Positions 35,025 to 44,808 of a stretch of DNA of 64,000 nt are shown here, one piece after another; the stretch's first letter is position 1; each line of letters starts with the position of its first letter. The notes beneath the pieces were generated by a model. It saw only the letters and a program-made list of their open reading frames with translations, searched no databases and was not told the origin of the DNA. The DNA is from Nitrospirota bacterium (GTDB lineage Bacteria; Nitrospirota; UBA9217): NCBI GenBank assembly GCA_963755045.1, contig CAVWIL010000010.1:30059-94058 (forward strand), given 5' to 3'. Position numbers and translations under genes: made by a program.

Positions 35025-35112
35025 AATTAAGAGGCGAAAGGGGGATGAAAGACATACATAAAAGAAGGTCCTTTTCTCTCTTTCTGCGATTTGCCCCCTT
35101 TCTCCTGAAAGG
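35025..35112. repeat. AGGCGAA/CCCCTT-type palindromic junction element (copy 2)
   Basis: GAATTAAGAGGCGAAAGGGGGA ... CCCCCTTTCTCCTGAAAGG, in the same orientation as 33035-33130. Confidence 0.5.
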
Positions 35113-35153
35113 TTCTAACATCCTGAGCACTGCCGATGTTGAATATTCAAGCC

Positions 35154-37328
35154 TTATTCAATCTTCACCCGAATCTCCGTTTCCCACGACTTCGCCGGCG
35201 ATAGCGAGAGCCGCCAGATCGGCATCACCATCGAGCTCTGGTACACCCGCTCGAAACCGGCCTCGGATTGCGAGACCGTTTCAACCGGCGCGCGCCATAG
35301 GCTTGCCGATTGAGAAAATGCAAGTGTGAGTTTAAGGTTGAGCCATTCATCCACGAGGCTCACCTGCTTCACATTGTTTGTTTCGCCGGTGGAAGCGAGG
35401 TTCCGCTTTTCCAGCACATGGCCCGGGACGTCATAGTAGCGGTCGTGCGCGTTCCCCGCGAGGAACGATACATTGAATTCGCTGCCAAAAGACGTGTTAA
35501 GTTCTTCGGCGCTCAGGTTCTCTATCTCGTAGCGCACCATAAATTCCGAGGCAGCCTTGCGCAGGGAAATCTCTTTCCTGAGCCGGACAGCAAGCCCCGC
35601 AATACTCCCGTGGCGCTCCAGCGCAAGCGTTGCAACATCCGCCTTTTTTTTATGCTTCAGATCGTAGGCGCCAAGCACAAAATCGCCGGCCTCGTAGTAT
35701 TCGGACCGCATGAAGTTCGACAGGTCGACGCCGGACTCGAGGAAATGGTCGAGGAGCGATCCCCGCTTGTACCAGTCGTACAGGAGGTGGCATTCGAGCC
35801 CTTCCTCTTTGACCACTACCCGGTCATGGATCGTCTGTACCTCATGTGCATCCACGTCCCTGCCCGCCCGGCAGATCTTGTCGTGATACCCTTCTGGTCT
35901 GCGCGTGAGCGTGTTCATAAGGTTGAATGAGCGCGGCTTCCAGTCAAGCTCCGTGATCCTGCCGCCCTCCGCCGGATCGATGAACAGATTCATGAGTCCG
36001 GAGTTCAGCATGACCTCTTCGCTCCCATCCAGATCGAAGTCGCCCTTCTCGATCTCCAGCCATGAGGCCGAATCGCTCTTTTTGTTTTTTCCTCGTCCCT
36101 CGTCCTTCGTCCCTCGTCCCTTCAGCGCCTGATCCGCAAGAAACTCCGCCTGTATCAAATGCTCATACACCGCAGACCGCAAATGCGGCAAATAGAGTCC
36201 GCCGAAAACACCATGCCAGTAAGCATCATTGCATTGCGACTGATAAAGATGGTCGAGCATTCGCGTTGACTCGGCACTTCTCTTCGTGCCTTGCGCATCG
36301 AGAACATCATGCACCTTGCGGCTCACCATCATCATTCGCTTGTGCATGTGGTTGCTCTCGGGATACTTGGCCAGGAAGTTCCGCCAGATCCCGCCTTTAA
36401 TGAAGGGTCTGAGGCCCGCGAAATCGGGGGAACCTTTCACCTTTGCCAGGGCGTCGTCATACTCCTTCATGGCGCGTGTCGGGAGCGCCCACTGACCCAT
36501 CTCCATGTACGAGGCCGTTGGCAGATAAATCCTGCCGCGAGGCGGCTCTTTCGTAAGGTACTCGGAAAAGGTCGTGGTCTCGAGCCATTCGCTGCTCTGC
36601 TCCAGAAGCGTGAAGAACCGATCAAGCCAGCCCTCTTCGTACACCGTGTGGTATGTCTCGGGCCAGACGCCAAACTTTTCACCGTCATCAGCCATGACCA
36701 CGAGACGGTTGCGCTCCGTTGAGCGGAAAGCGGACAGATGGTTGATGCTTTCCTCCGGCGGATGGAACGGGATCAGGTAGCGGAGCTTCTCGCTTCCCGG
36801 GAACATGCGCAAAATACCGTCTTGCTCTTCCGTGAGATAATACCCGTCAAGCTCGTCGTCCCTGAGCCCGGCCATCTTGAAATGAAAATCATCGACAACC
36901 ACATGGTTGATACCCGCCGCGGCAATGGCATGGGGAAGATGCGGCTCCCAGACCCGTTCAGCGAGCCACAGACCCTGAGCGTCATAACCCAGCACGCGCT
37001 TGATGTAGTCCGTGAGCGCACGGACCTGGCCGATCTTGTCTTCATGGGGCAACATGGCGAGGATCGGCTCGTAAAATCCGCCGGAGAGGACCTCTGCCCT
37101 GCCCTCTTCCACGAGTTTTCTGAGCATGTCGATGAATTCCGGATGGTGCTGTTCGAAAAAATGGTAGAGAACCCCGGTGTAGTGCAGCGTGATCTTGATC
37201 GCTTGATGACGCTCAAGCACCTTCATAAAGGGCAGATACGATTTCTGATAAGCGTCCTCAGCCACGAAGTCGAAATTACCGACCGGCTGATGATTATGAA
37301 TGGCAAAGATGAATTGTACTTTCGGCAT
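35154..37328 (-). CDS. GH57 4-alpha-glucanotransferase / alpha-amylase with a C-terminal DUF1926-type domain
   Basis: HNHQP, GGFYEPIL, WLAERVW, DDGEKFG, QCNDAYWHGVFGGLY and VSQSEAGFERVYQ. Promoter TTGACT-17-TAATAT at 37409-37381. Confidence 0.93.
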   Translation of the reverse strand: MPKVQFIFAIHNHQPVGNFDFVAEDAYQKSYLPFMKVLERHQAIKITLHYTGVLYHFFEQHHPEFIDMLRKLVEEGRAEVLSGGFYEPILAMLPHEDKIGQVRALTDYIKRVLGYDAQGLWLAERVWEPHLPHAIAAAGINHVVVDDFHFKMAGLRDDELDGYYLTEEQDGILRMFPGSEKLRYLIPFHPPEESINHLSAFRSTERNRLVVMADDGEKFGVWPETYHTVYEEGWLDRFFTLLEQSSEWLETTTFSEYLTKEPPRGRIYLPTASYMEMGQWALPTRAMKEYDDALAKVKGSPDFAGLRPFIKGGIWRNFLAKYPESNHMHKRMMMVSRKVHDVLDAQGTKRSAESTRMLDHLYQSQCNDAYWHGVFGGLYLPHLRSAVYEHLIQAEFLADQALKGRGTKDEGRGKNKKSDSASWLEIEKGDFDLDGSEEVMLNSGLMNLFIDPAEGGRITELDWKPRSFNLMNTLTRRPEGYHDKICRAGRDVDAHEVQTIHDRVVVKEEGLECHLLYDWYKRGSLLDHFLESGVDLSNFMRSEYYEAGDFVLGAYDLKHKKKADVATLALERHGSIAGLAVRLRKEISLRKAASEFMVRYEIENLSAEELNTSFGSEFNVSFLAGNAHDRYYDVPGHVLEKRNLASTGETNNVKQVSLVDEWLNLKLTLAFSQSASLWRAPVETVSQSEAGFERVYQSSMVMPIWRLSLSPAKSWETEIRVKIE

Positions 37329-37519
37329 CTCGTTGAAACTCGCTGTTTTCCTGATATTTTCGATGAGAATATAGATTGGAATATTAGCCTTACGGCCGTG
37401 AAAAGTCAATCGAAAACAGGAAGTTGAGCGTTGTTGCGGTTGAATTTAAACGAGTTATGGCCTTCATGAACAGGAAGGCGTCGCATCCGACTTATCTGAG
37501 GTCGCTCGAAAGGAAATTG

Positions 37520-37670
37520 TTCTCGCAGAGGAACAGGGTATTCGCAGAGAAAAGCATTAAAATGTTCCGGGTTAAAAGCCAGGCTGAGCGGTTTTGATTT
37601 ACCTCTGCGTCCGGAGCCTGCCCTCGAATGGCTTTATCGGGGGCGCGCTCTGCGAGAGACGCATTTAATC
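37520..37670. repeat. CGCAGAG/CTCTGCG palindromic element
   Basis: TCTCGCAGAG...CTCTGCGAGA inverted pair. The core CGCAGAGAAA.GC.TTAA...GGGTTAAA recurs at 57351-57385. Confidence 0.55.
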
Positions 37671-37675
37671 TGACC

Positions 37676-38407
37676 TTATCCTGTCCTCTTCACCAGCCTG
37701 CCTGCGACGAAAAAGAATACCGCCGTGTATGCCGCCAGCACGACCACGGAACCCGGAGCAAGATCATTGCCTGACGCCAGAGCGCGCATGAGCATGCTCG
37801 CGTGCGTAAGCGGATAAACCAGGATGAGGCTCCGGAACGGCTCCGGCAGTTTGTCCGGTGAAAAGAACGTGCCTGCCAGGAACGACATGGGGAGGATAAA
37901 GAAACTGTTGAAGTTCGCCATGTCCTCATGCGTGCGAGTGATCATGGCCGCTGCCACGCCCGCGGCGCCAAAGCAGAATGCCGTAAGAAACAGTATCGCA
38001 AAAAATGAAATTGACAAATGCATATGCACGCCCGAGATCAGTCCCACCAGCATGAGCATAAGCGCAGAGAACGACCCGCGCGCAAGACCGGTGAGCGTCC
38101 TGCCGAGCGTGATGTCCCAGGGGCTCACGGGAGCGACGAGCACCTCTTCCAGCGTCTTGGTGTAAAGCTTGCTGATATTGAGCGACGTCGAGACCGGGGT
38201 GAAGCTGTTGTTCATGGCCGAGAGCGCGAGAATGCCGGGCAGAACGAACTCAAGATACGTGCCTCCACCAACGCTCATTCCCCTGCCGAGGCCCCAGCCG
38301 AAGGTCACGAGGTAAAGGACCGGCATGACCAGGCTCGAGGCAAGGAACCGCCAGGGTTTCTTGCGGATGAGCGTCATCTCTTTCCAGATTATGGGGTAAA
38401 AGTTCAT
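37676..38407 (-). CDS. ABC-2 type exporter permease (NodJ-like)
   Basis: YLEFVLPGILA, LEEVLVAPVS, PMSFLAGTFF and YPLTHA. Confidence 0.92.
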   Translation of the reverse strand: MNFYPIIWKEMTLIRKKPWRFLASSLVMPVLYLVTFGWGLGRGMSVGGGTYLEFVLPGILALSAMNNSFTPVSTSLNISKLYTKTLEEVLVAPVSPWDITLGRTLTGLARGSFSALMLMLVGLISGVHMHLSISFFAILFLTAFCFGAAGVAAAMITRTHEDMANFNSFFILPMSFLAGTFFSPDKLPEPFRSLILVYPLTHASMLMRALASGNDLAPGSVVVLAAYTAVFFFVAGRLVKRTG

Positions 38408-38424
38408 CGTAGGTCCTCGTATAT

Positions 38425-38510
38425 AGGAGCCAGGAGTCAGAATTCAGGAGTTAGAAACAATACATGCGGACAGTCTTCTGGCTCCTGTCTCCTGGATTCT
38501 GAATCCTGAT
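38425..38510. repeat. Heptamer-repeat palindromic junction element
   Basis: AGGAGCC AGGAGTC AGAATTC AGGAGTT ... TTCTGGC TCCTGTC TCCTGGA TTCTGAA TCCTGAT, between the ABC ATPase and permease genes. Confidence 0.8.
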
Positions 38511-38511
38511 G

Positions 38512-39351
38512 TTAAACATCGATCCTCTCCCCCGTCAGATCAATGAACACATCCTCAAGCGTAACGTCCCGTATCATGACATCCGTGCACATGACGCGGC
38601 TGGCATCGATCGCCTCTTCACGGGTTTTGAAGAATTGTCTTGGTGAATCATGCCTCCCCACGCACTCAACAGCGAACCTGCCCACGCGCTCCTTGAGCAC
38701 AACGGGTCGGTCCATCACGATGATCTTGCCCGCACGCATGATCGCCACACGATCGCAGAGCGCATCCGCTTCTTCGATATAGTGAGTCGTTAGAAGGATC
38801 GTGACATTGTTCCGCTTCAGCGACTCGATCAACCCCCAGATCATCCTGCGCGCCTGCGGGTCCAGCCCGACCGTCGGTTCGTCCATACAGACGACCCCGG
38901 GCCGGTGCATAAGTCCCCGGGCGATCAGCAGCCTTCTGCGCATGCCGCCCGAGAGATGTTCCACGGGGGTGTCCTTCTTTTCCCAAAGCCCGACGAATCG
39001 AAGCAGTTCCTCGGTGCGCGCAACCCGGTCCGCAGGCTCCATCTTGTGGAGCCTTCCATGGTACTCAAGGTTCTCTGCGCAGGTAAGATCGATGTCGAGG
39101 TTCAGCATCTGAGGCACCACGCCGATCGAACGTTTGACCTGGAGCGGTTCAGCACGGACATCATATCCGGCGACCGATGCCGTGCCTGATGTAGGAGAAA
39201 GCAGCGTGGTCAACATGCGCATCGTCGTGGTCTTCCCCGCGCCGTTCGGGCCGAGGAGCCCGAAGACCTCCCCTTTGCTCACGGAGAAGCTGATGGACTG
39301 GACCGCGCCGAGGGTACCGAAATATTTGGTGAGGTTATTGGTATCGATCAT
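38512..39351 (-). CDS. ABC exporter ATP-binding protein (NodI/DrrA-like)
   Basis: GPNGAGKTT, LSGGMRRRL, DEPTVGLDP and LTTHYIEEA. Start placed at MIDTNNL. Confidence 0.94.
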   Translation of the reverse strand: MIDTNNLTKYFGTLGAVQSISFSVSKGEVFGLLGPNGAGKTTTMRMLTTLLSPTSGTASVAGYDVRAEPLQVKRSIGVVPQMLNLDIDLTCAENLEYHGRLHKMEPADRVARTEELLRFVGLWEKKDTPVEHLSGGMRRRLLIARGLMHRPGVVCMDEPTVGLDPQARRMIWGLIESLKRNNVTILLTTHYIEEADALCDRVAIMRAGKIIVMDRPVVLKERVGRFAVECVGRHDSPRQFFKTREEAIDASRVMCTDVMIRDVTLEDVFIDLTGERIDV

Positions 39352-39537
39352 AAAGCCGTAAACCGTGAAAGGTGAAATATAATGGGATGATTTACTTCTT
39401 ACTTCTCGTGTAGTTCGTGCTTCAATCCCCGGCAACTTGATCTTCCGGTGAAGATTGCCCCGCTCCATGTCGACGGCTTCGACGGTTGTGCTCATGTCAT
39501 TACAAACCGACGTAATACAAATGTTCGGCGATGCTAT

Positions 39538-40440
39538 TCAACCCAACGTCAAACGATTTCTTCCCTCTGTTTTGCTTTTATACAGAAGAATGTCTGCTCG
39601 TTTTATGAGGCTATCAATAGTGTCGTTTTCATCAACCGGTGTAGCCCCGATCGAAATGGTGACACGCAGCTTTTCGTTTTCACTCATTATGTACGAATTT
39701 TCTATCAATGAACGCAGCTTGTTCCCCAGCAACTCGAGATCTTTGCTGTTTATGTTGCGAATAATGCCAAGGAACTCTTCACCTCCCCAACGTCCAAAAA
39801 GGTCAAAAGGTCTGGCGTTGGCAATAAATGTTTTCGCAACAAATTTAAGGACATCATCACCTACATCATGACCATACCGGTCGTTAAATTTTTTAAAATG
39901 GTCAATATCCATGAATAAAATACCGAAGGGCACATTAAAACGTTTCTTTTCCTCGAATCTGTTCTGGATTTCTCTCTCAACATAGTTTCTATTTGCTAAT
40001 TGAGTAAGGTTGTCGAGAAGGGCCAACTTTTCAAGTTCTTTTACCCTCAATGTATTGGCTGCCTGATTACTAATATCGGTAAATAATTCAATCCCGCCGA
40101 TTATCGTGCCCTCCCGATCGGTTAATGGACTGATCCGGACAGAAACCGGTATTCTGTGCCCATCCTTGTGGTGCATGTATATTTCAGCTTCGCGGGGTTT
40201 TCCGTCAGTGATGGATGCGGCAAGAGGGCACATCGAAGTGCAAAGACTATTACCGTCACTGTCGACATGGGTGAGTATATTATCAGAACAGGATTTATCA
40301 ACTACCTCATGGGCATTAAATCCAGAGATCTGTTCAGCTGCTTTGTTCCAGTAGGTTATAATCCTGTCCCGGTCCACTAAATAGAGACCATCATGGAGGT
40401 TATCGATGATCCTTTGATAAGAATCCTTTTCTAAAATCAC
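39538..40440 (-). CDS. PAS-GGDEF diguanylate cyclase
   Basis: PAS domain (YWNKAAEQISG, HHKDGHRIPV), DNLTQLANR, DIDHFKKFND.YGH, RxxD I-site and GGEEF. Visibly AT-richer than its neighbours. Confidence 0.93.
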   Translation of the reverse strand: MILEKDSYQRIIDNLHDGLYLVDRDRIITYWNKAAEQISGFNAHEVVDKSCSDNILTHVDSDGNSLCTSMCPLAASITDGKPREAEIYMHHKDGHRIPVSVRISPLTDREGTIIGGIELFTDISNQAANTLRVKELEKLALLDNLTQLANRNYVEREIQNRFEEKKRFNVPFGILFMDIDHFKKFNDRYGHDVGDDVLKFVAKTFIANARPFDLFGRWGGEEFLGIIRNINSKDLELLGNKLRSLIENSYIMSENEKLRVTISIGATPVDENDTIDSLIKRADILLYKSKTEGRNRLTLG

Positions 40441-40588
40441 TGTTCCGCCCTCACACGCTTTTTGATTGCTGTTCGTTCCCATTGAATCCGTTTATTATCT
40501 GAACAAGAGCGTTCAACGAAGGCAGCCTTTTACATGTTCTTCCCTGCCTCAGGTCATTGAGACAGACGGGATCACTCCGGATAGTTTC

Positions 40589-40621
40589 GTAGGTCGGGTA
40601 AAGCGAATGCGAAACCCGACA
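40589..40621 (+). repeat. GTAG-type REP hairpin
   Basis: GTAG-GTCGGGT-AAAGCGAATGCGAA-ACCCGAC-A. Confidence 0.7.
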
Positions 40622-40659
40622 TCTGTTCTTTATTCATTCTCTAGTTGAAGCACTGACTA

Positions 40660-41784
40660 TTACTTTGCCAGCTTCTTTTTCAGCATCTCGACTACAATAT
40701 TGATCTCCGCCTCTGTTGTTTCTCTCCCCAAACTGAACCGGATCGCGCCGCGGGCGAGCGCCGGATCCGTACCCATGGCGACCAGCACAGGTGATGCATT
40801 CACCGTACTGCCATGGCACGCCGCGCCGGGGGAAACGGCTATGCCCGTCAAGGCCTCCATGACCGCTATCGAATCGAACCCCTCAAAGCTGATGTTCCAG
40901 GTGTTCGGCAGCTTCTTTTCAGGATGGCCGTTCAGATGCACCTTCAGCCCTGCGCGCTTTAATCCGTCGAACAAACCCCGACCGAGTTTCATCTGGCGGG
41001 GTCCCTCGGTATCCATGATCTCCGAGGCGACCACGCATGCCGCGCCCAATCCTACTATGAACGCCGCGTTCTCCGTACCCGGCCGCAGCCCGCGCTCGTG
41101 TCCGGCCCCGTGCATCATCGGCGGAAGCGTGCTGCCTTTCTTGATATACAGCGCGCCAATACCCTTCGGCGCATAAAACTTATGGCCGGCGATGGTCAGA
41201 AAATCCACGCCGAGGTCTTCTACCTGAACGCGCACCTTGCCAACGCTCTGCGCCGCGTCGGTGTGAAACAGGATACCGCGGGATGCGGCGATCCGTGAAA
41301 GCACACTGATGTCCTGGATGGTCCCGACCTCGTTATTCGCATGCATGATCGTGACGAGCGAGGTCTTCGGAATGATAGCCTGTTCAAGGTCCGCGGGGTC
41401 CACGAGCCCGTGTTTATCAACGCGCAGATAAGTCACGGCATGACCGTGACGCTCCAAATAATGGCACGGCTCGAGCACCGCCGGGTGTTCTATCCGGGAC
41501 GCAATGATGTGGCTGCCCTTCGGCGCTGACTCGGCAACACCCTTGATCACCATGTTGTTCGATTCCGTCGCCCCGCTGGTGAAAATGATCTCTGTTGCTT
41601 CGCACCCCAGAAGTGCCGCGACGCGCTCGCGCGCTTGCTCGATGCCCGCCTTGAGGGCGACGCCATAGGAATGGCTGCTCGATGGATTGCCGAACTTTTC
41701 CTTCAGGTAGGGCAACATCTCCTGCAGCACCCGTGGATCTACCGGTGTGCTGGCGTTATAGTCGAGATAAATTGGATTTTGCAT
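40660..41784 (-). CDS. Cysteine desulfurase (IscS/NifS-like)
   Basis: YLDYNASTP, FTSGATESNN, HANNEVG, HTDAAQ, GHKFYAPKG (PLP lysine) and GAACH (catalytic Cys). Confidence 0.93.
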   Translation of the reverse strand: MQNPIYLDYNASTPVDPRVLQEMLPYLKEKFGNPSSSHSYGVALKAGIEQARERVAALLGCEATEIIFTSGATESNNMVIKGVAESAPKGSHIIASRIEHPAVLEPCHYLERHGHAVTYLRVDKHGLVDPADLEQAIIPKTSLVTIMHANNEVGTIQDISVLSRIAASRGILFHTDAAQSVGKVRVQVEDLGVDFLTIAGHKFYAPKGIGALYIKKGSTLPPMMHGAGHERGLRPGTENAAFIVGLGAACVVASEIMDTEGPRQMKLGRGLFDGLKRAGLKVHLNGHPEKKLPNTWNISFEGFDSIAVMEALTGIAVSPGAACHGSTVNASPVLVAMGTDPALARGAIRFSLGRETTEAEINIVVEMLKKKLAK

Positions 41785-41825
41785 AAGGGAATTCCTAACC
41801 TGGACGAGCCAGGACTTAACCTTTA

Positions 41826-41916
41826 AACACGAATTGCACGAATGCTCCTAATGTCGCAAAGTAAAAACAATCTCCTCTTTTATAAGTGCAATTCGTCCAA
41901 TTCGTGTCATTCGTGC
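41826..41916. repeat. 9-mer CACGAAT/ATTCGTG palindromic junction element
   Basis: ACACGAATTGCACGAAT ... AATTCGTCCAATTCGTGTCATTCGTG. Confidence 0.65.
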
Positions 41917-41979
41917 TAACGCTTCGAGATTTTCGGACCTCTTTGAGTGGAATTCGATTCCTTTGGAACTTATCACACA

Positions 41980-42911
41980 TCACTTCTCACGCCGTTCAAA
42001 TATTCCCATCGTCAGATACCGCTCACCGACATCAGGCAGGATCGTGACGATGCGCGATCCCTTTCCCAGGCGCGCCGCCACCTGAAGCGCCGCCCAGCAC
42101 GCCGCGCCGGACGAGATGCCCGAGAGAATGCCTTCCTCCTGCGCCAACCGCCTCGCCATATCAGCGGCGTCATCCTGGCCGACCTTGATGATCCCGTCGT
42201 ACACCCTGGTATTCAGTATCGCGGGAACGAACCCCGCGCCGATCCCCTGTATGGGATGGGGTCCGGGCTGGCCCCCCGAAAGCACAGGCGAGGCCGCGGG
42301 TTCAACGGCAAAGATCGTGATGTCCTTGTATTTTTTCCTGAGCACCTCTCCCACGCCCGTGATCGTGCCGCCGGTGCCGACACCGGCCACGAACGCATCC
42401 ACTTTTCCCCCGCCCATCTGTTTGATGATCTCTTTTGCCGTTGTGCGGCGGTGGACCTGCGGGTTCGCGGGATTGCCGAACTGGTCGGGCTTGAAGTATT
42501 CCTTGCCGGATGCAACGATCTCATCTGCCTTCGCGATCGCGCCTTTCATGCCTTTTTCAGCGGGAGTGAGCACAAGCTGAGCGCCATAGGCTTCGAGCAG
42601 TCTTCGACGCTCGACCGTCATGGACTCCGGCATGGTCAGGATGACCGTGTAGCCTTTGACCGCGGCGACCATGGCGAGACCGATGCCCGTATTACCGCTC
42701 GTGGGCTCCACGATCTTCATGCCCTTTTTGAGGATCCCTTTTTTTCCGCATCCTCGATCATGGCGAGGGCCGGCCGGTCCTTGACACTCCCTCCGGGGTT
42801 AAATCCTTCGAGCTTTGCCCACACCTCGGCATCGCCGGCACCCGGCAGTTTATTGAGTCTGACCAATGGCGTGTTCCCGATCAGATCCAGCACTGTTTTC
42901 AACTTAGGCAT
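41980..42911 (-). CDS. cysK: Cysteine synthase A (frameshift near 42720)
   Basis: [48 protein letters not shown] and GISSGA. Confidence 0.95.
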
Positions 42912-42966
42912 ATTCGTCCTTCCTCGTGTCTTTGCTCCGCACTCAGAACTCCTAACTCCGAACTTA

Positions 42967-44667
42967 TCACGCAGCTCCCCGCTCGATCATCTCCTCGGCA
43001 TGCTTGATCGTGGCCTCGGTGATCGTCTTTCCTCCGAGCATCCGCGCGAGCTCATCCACGCGTTCCTGTTTGTCGAGCAGCCGCACCTCGGTGCTTGTTC
43101 GCTCCTTCTTTACGGACTTGGTAACTCCGTAGTGGCTCCCGGCCATGCTCGCGATCTGCGGCAGATGGGTGATGCAGAAGACCTGTCGTTTAGAGGCCAC
43201 GCGCTTCAGCTTCTTGCCGACCTCTTCCGCCACCGCGCCGCCGATTCCCGCGTCCACCTCGTCGAACACGAGCGTGGGGATGCTGTCGCCTTCCACCAGG
43301 ATCGTTTTGAGCGCAAGCATGATGCGCGACAACTCGCCGCCCGAGACGATCTTCGCGAGCGCCTTTGGCTCCTCGCCCGCATTCGGCGAGATCAGGAATT
43401 CAACGCGGTCCGCGCCGCGCGGCCCGAGTTTGAGACCGTCAAACGTGTCCCCTCCGGGCTCCTGCGTGATCTTCACCGTAAAGGTTGTTTTCTTCATCCC
43501 GAGGTGGCTGAGCTCTGTCTCGACCTTTTTCTCGAGCTCGCGAGCCGCCGCTTTTCGCTTCTTCGTCAACTGATTGGCCTTGTCGGTCAGGCCGAACTTT
43601 ATTTCCTGTATCCCTGATTTCAGGTTTTCGATCTCCTCGGTGCTCCGTTCCATGCGTTCAAGCGAGGCCGACGCTTTTACGCCGAAGTCTATGATCTCCT
43701 CGATCGTATTCCCGTACTTTTTTTTTAGCTTCTGGATCAGGTCCAGCCGGTCCCCGATCTGCTCCAATCGCTGGGGATCGAACTCGCCGCGATTGAGGTA
43801 CGAGGAGACTTCCCGTGCGGCCTCTTCTATCTGAGCGCGGCCCGATTCGCAGAGCTCAAGCGCACCCGAGAGGCTGCTGTCGATTTGGACCACGTCTTTC
43901 AGCCCGTTGATCGCCTTTTTCAGGTTTGCGAGCACCGCGCCGTCGGAGGAATAGAGCGCCTCATCCACCATGGCTGAAAGGGCCGCGAGCTTTTCAGCAT
44001 GTGCCATGACCTTTTGCACATTCGCAAGTTCTTCATCCTCGCCCGGCTTCAGCTGGGCCGCTTCGATCTCATTCTTCTGGTATCGCAGCAAATCCTCGCG
44101 CTGCGCCCGGTCGCGCTCTCCCTCCTGGAGTTCTGCGAGTTTTTTGCGGATGTCAAGCAGCTTGCGATACTCCGCGGTAACATCATCGCGGAGCGCGTCG
44201 AGATTGCCAAAGGTGTCGAGCATCTCCATCTGGCGTTCGAGGGAGAGCAGTGATTGGTGTTCGTGCTGGCCGTGGATATCGGCAAGATTCGCGCCAACAG
44301 ACGCGAGCGTGGCGAGGTTCGCCAGGCTCCCGTTGATATAGACCTTGTTCTTGCCAGAGGACGAGAGCACCCGGCGCACGATCAGGTCCCCGCCGGGGTC
44401 CATCTCAATGCCCTGCTCTGACAGCACCATCGATACGTCAGCAGCAATGCGGTTGTTGAGCTCAAAAGCCGCCTCCACCACGGCTTCCTGAAAGCCGCTC
44501 CGGATCAGGTCCACGTTCGCCCGTTCGCCGAGCGCCAGGCTGAGCGCGTCGACAACGATGGATTTGCCGGCCCCGGTCTCGCCCGTAAACACGTTCAGCC
44601 CCGGCGCGAACTCCACCCGAAGCTGGTCGATGATGGCAAAATTTTTTATGCTCAGTTCTTTCAACAA
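42967..44667 (-). CDS. recN: DNA repair protein RecN
   Basis: [40 protein letters not shown] and ITHLPQIA. Confidence 0.97.
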   Translation of the reverse strand: MLKELSIKNFAIIDQLRVEFAPGLNVFTGETGAGKSIVVDALSLALGERANVDLIRSGFQEAVVEAAFELNNRIAADVSMVLSEQGIEMDPGGDLIVRRVLSSSGKNKVYINGSLANLATLASVGANLADIHGQHEHQSLLSLERQMEMLDTFGNLDALRDDVTAEYRKLLDIRKKLAELQEGERDRAQREDLLRYQKNEIEAAQLKPGEDEELANVQKVMAHAEKLAALSAMVDEALYSSDGAVLANLKKAINGLKDVVQIDSSLSGALELCESGRAQIEEAAREVSSYLNRGEFDPQRLEQIGDRLDLIQKLKKKYGNTIEEIIDFGVKASASLERMERSTEEIENLKSGIQEIKFGLTDKANQLTKKRKAAARELEKKVETELSHLGMKKTTFTVKITQEPGGDTFDGLKLGPRGADRVEFLISPNAGEEPKALAKIVSGGELSRIMLALKTILVEGDSIPTLVFDEVDAGIGGAVAEEVGKKLKRVASKRQVFCITHLPQIASMAGSHYGVTKSVKKERTSTEVRLLDKQERVDELARMLGGKTITEATIKHAEEMIERGAA

Positions 44668-44676
44668 TGCTTACAC

Positions 44677-44808
44677 CAAATTCCAAATCTCAAATCACAA
44701 ATCCCAAATAATAATCAAACTGAACAAATCTCAATTACCGAAACGTTTAATGTTTGATGCTTGGCGCTTGAAATCTATTTGGGATTTGGTGCTTGATATT
44801 TGGTGCTT
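44677..44808. repeat. Heptamer-repeat palindromic junction element
   Basis: CAAATTC CAAATCT CAAATCA CAAATCC CAAATAA ... ATTTGGG ATTTGGT GCTTGAT ATTTGGT. Confidence 0.8.

Noticed and set aside
37440-37675. 6S RNA or riboswitch in the GH57/ABC spacer
   Set aside because: No recognisable consensus, and the inverted repeats match the CGCAGAG element family found again at 57305-57475.
39352-39495. N-terminal extension of the ABC ATPase (MSTTVEAVDM...)
   Set aside because: It reads through a heptamer element and is not part of the ABC fold. It may be a remnant of another gene, but I cannot assign it.
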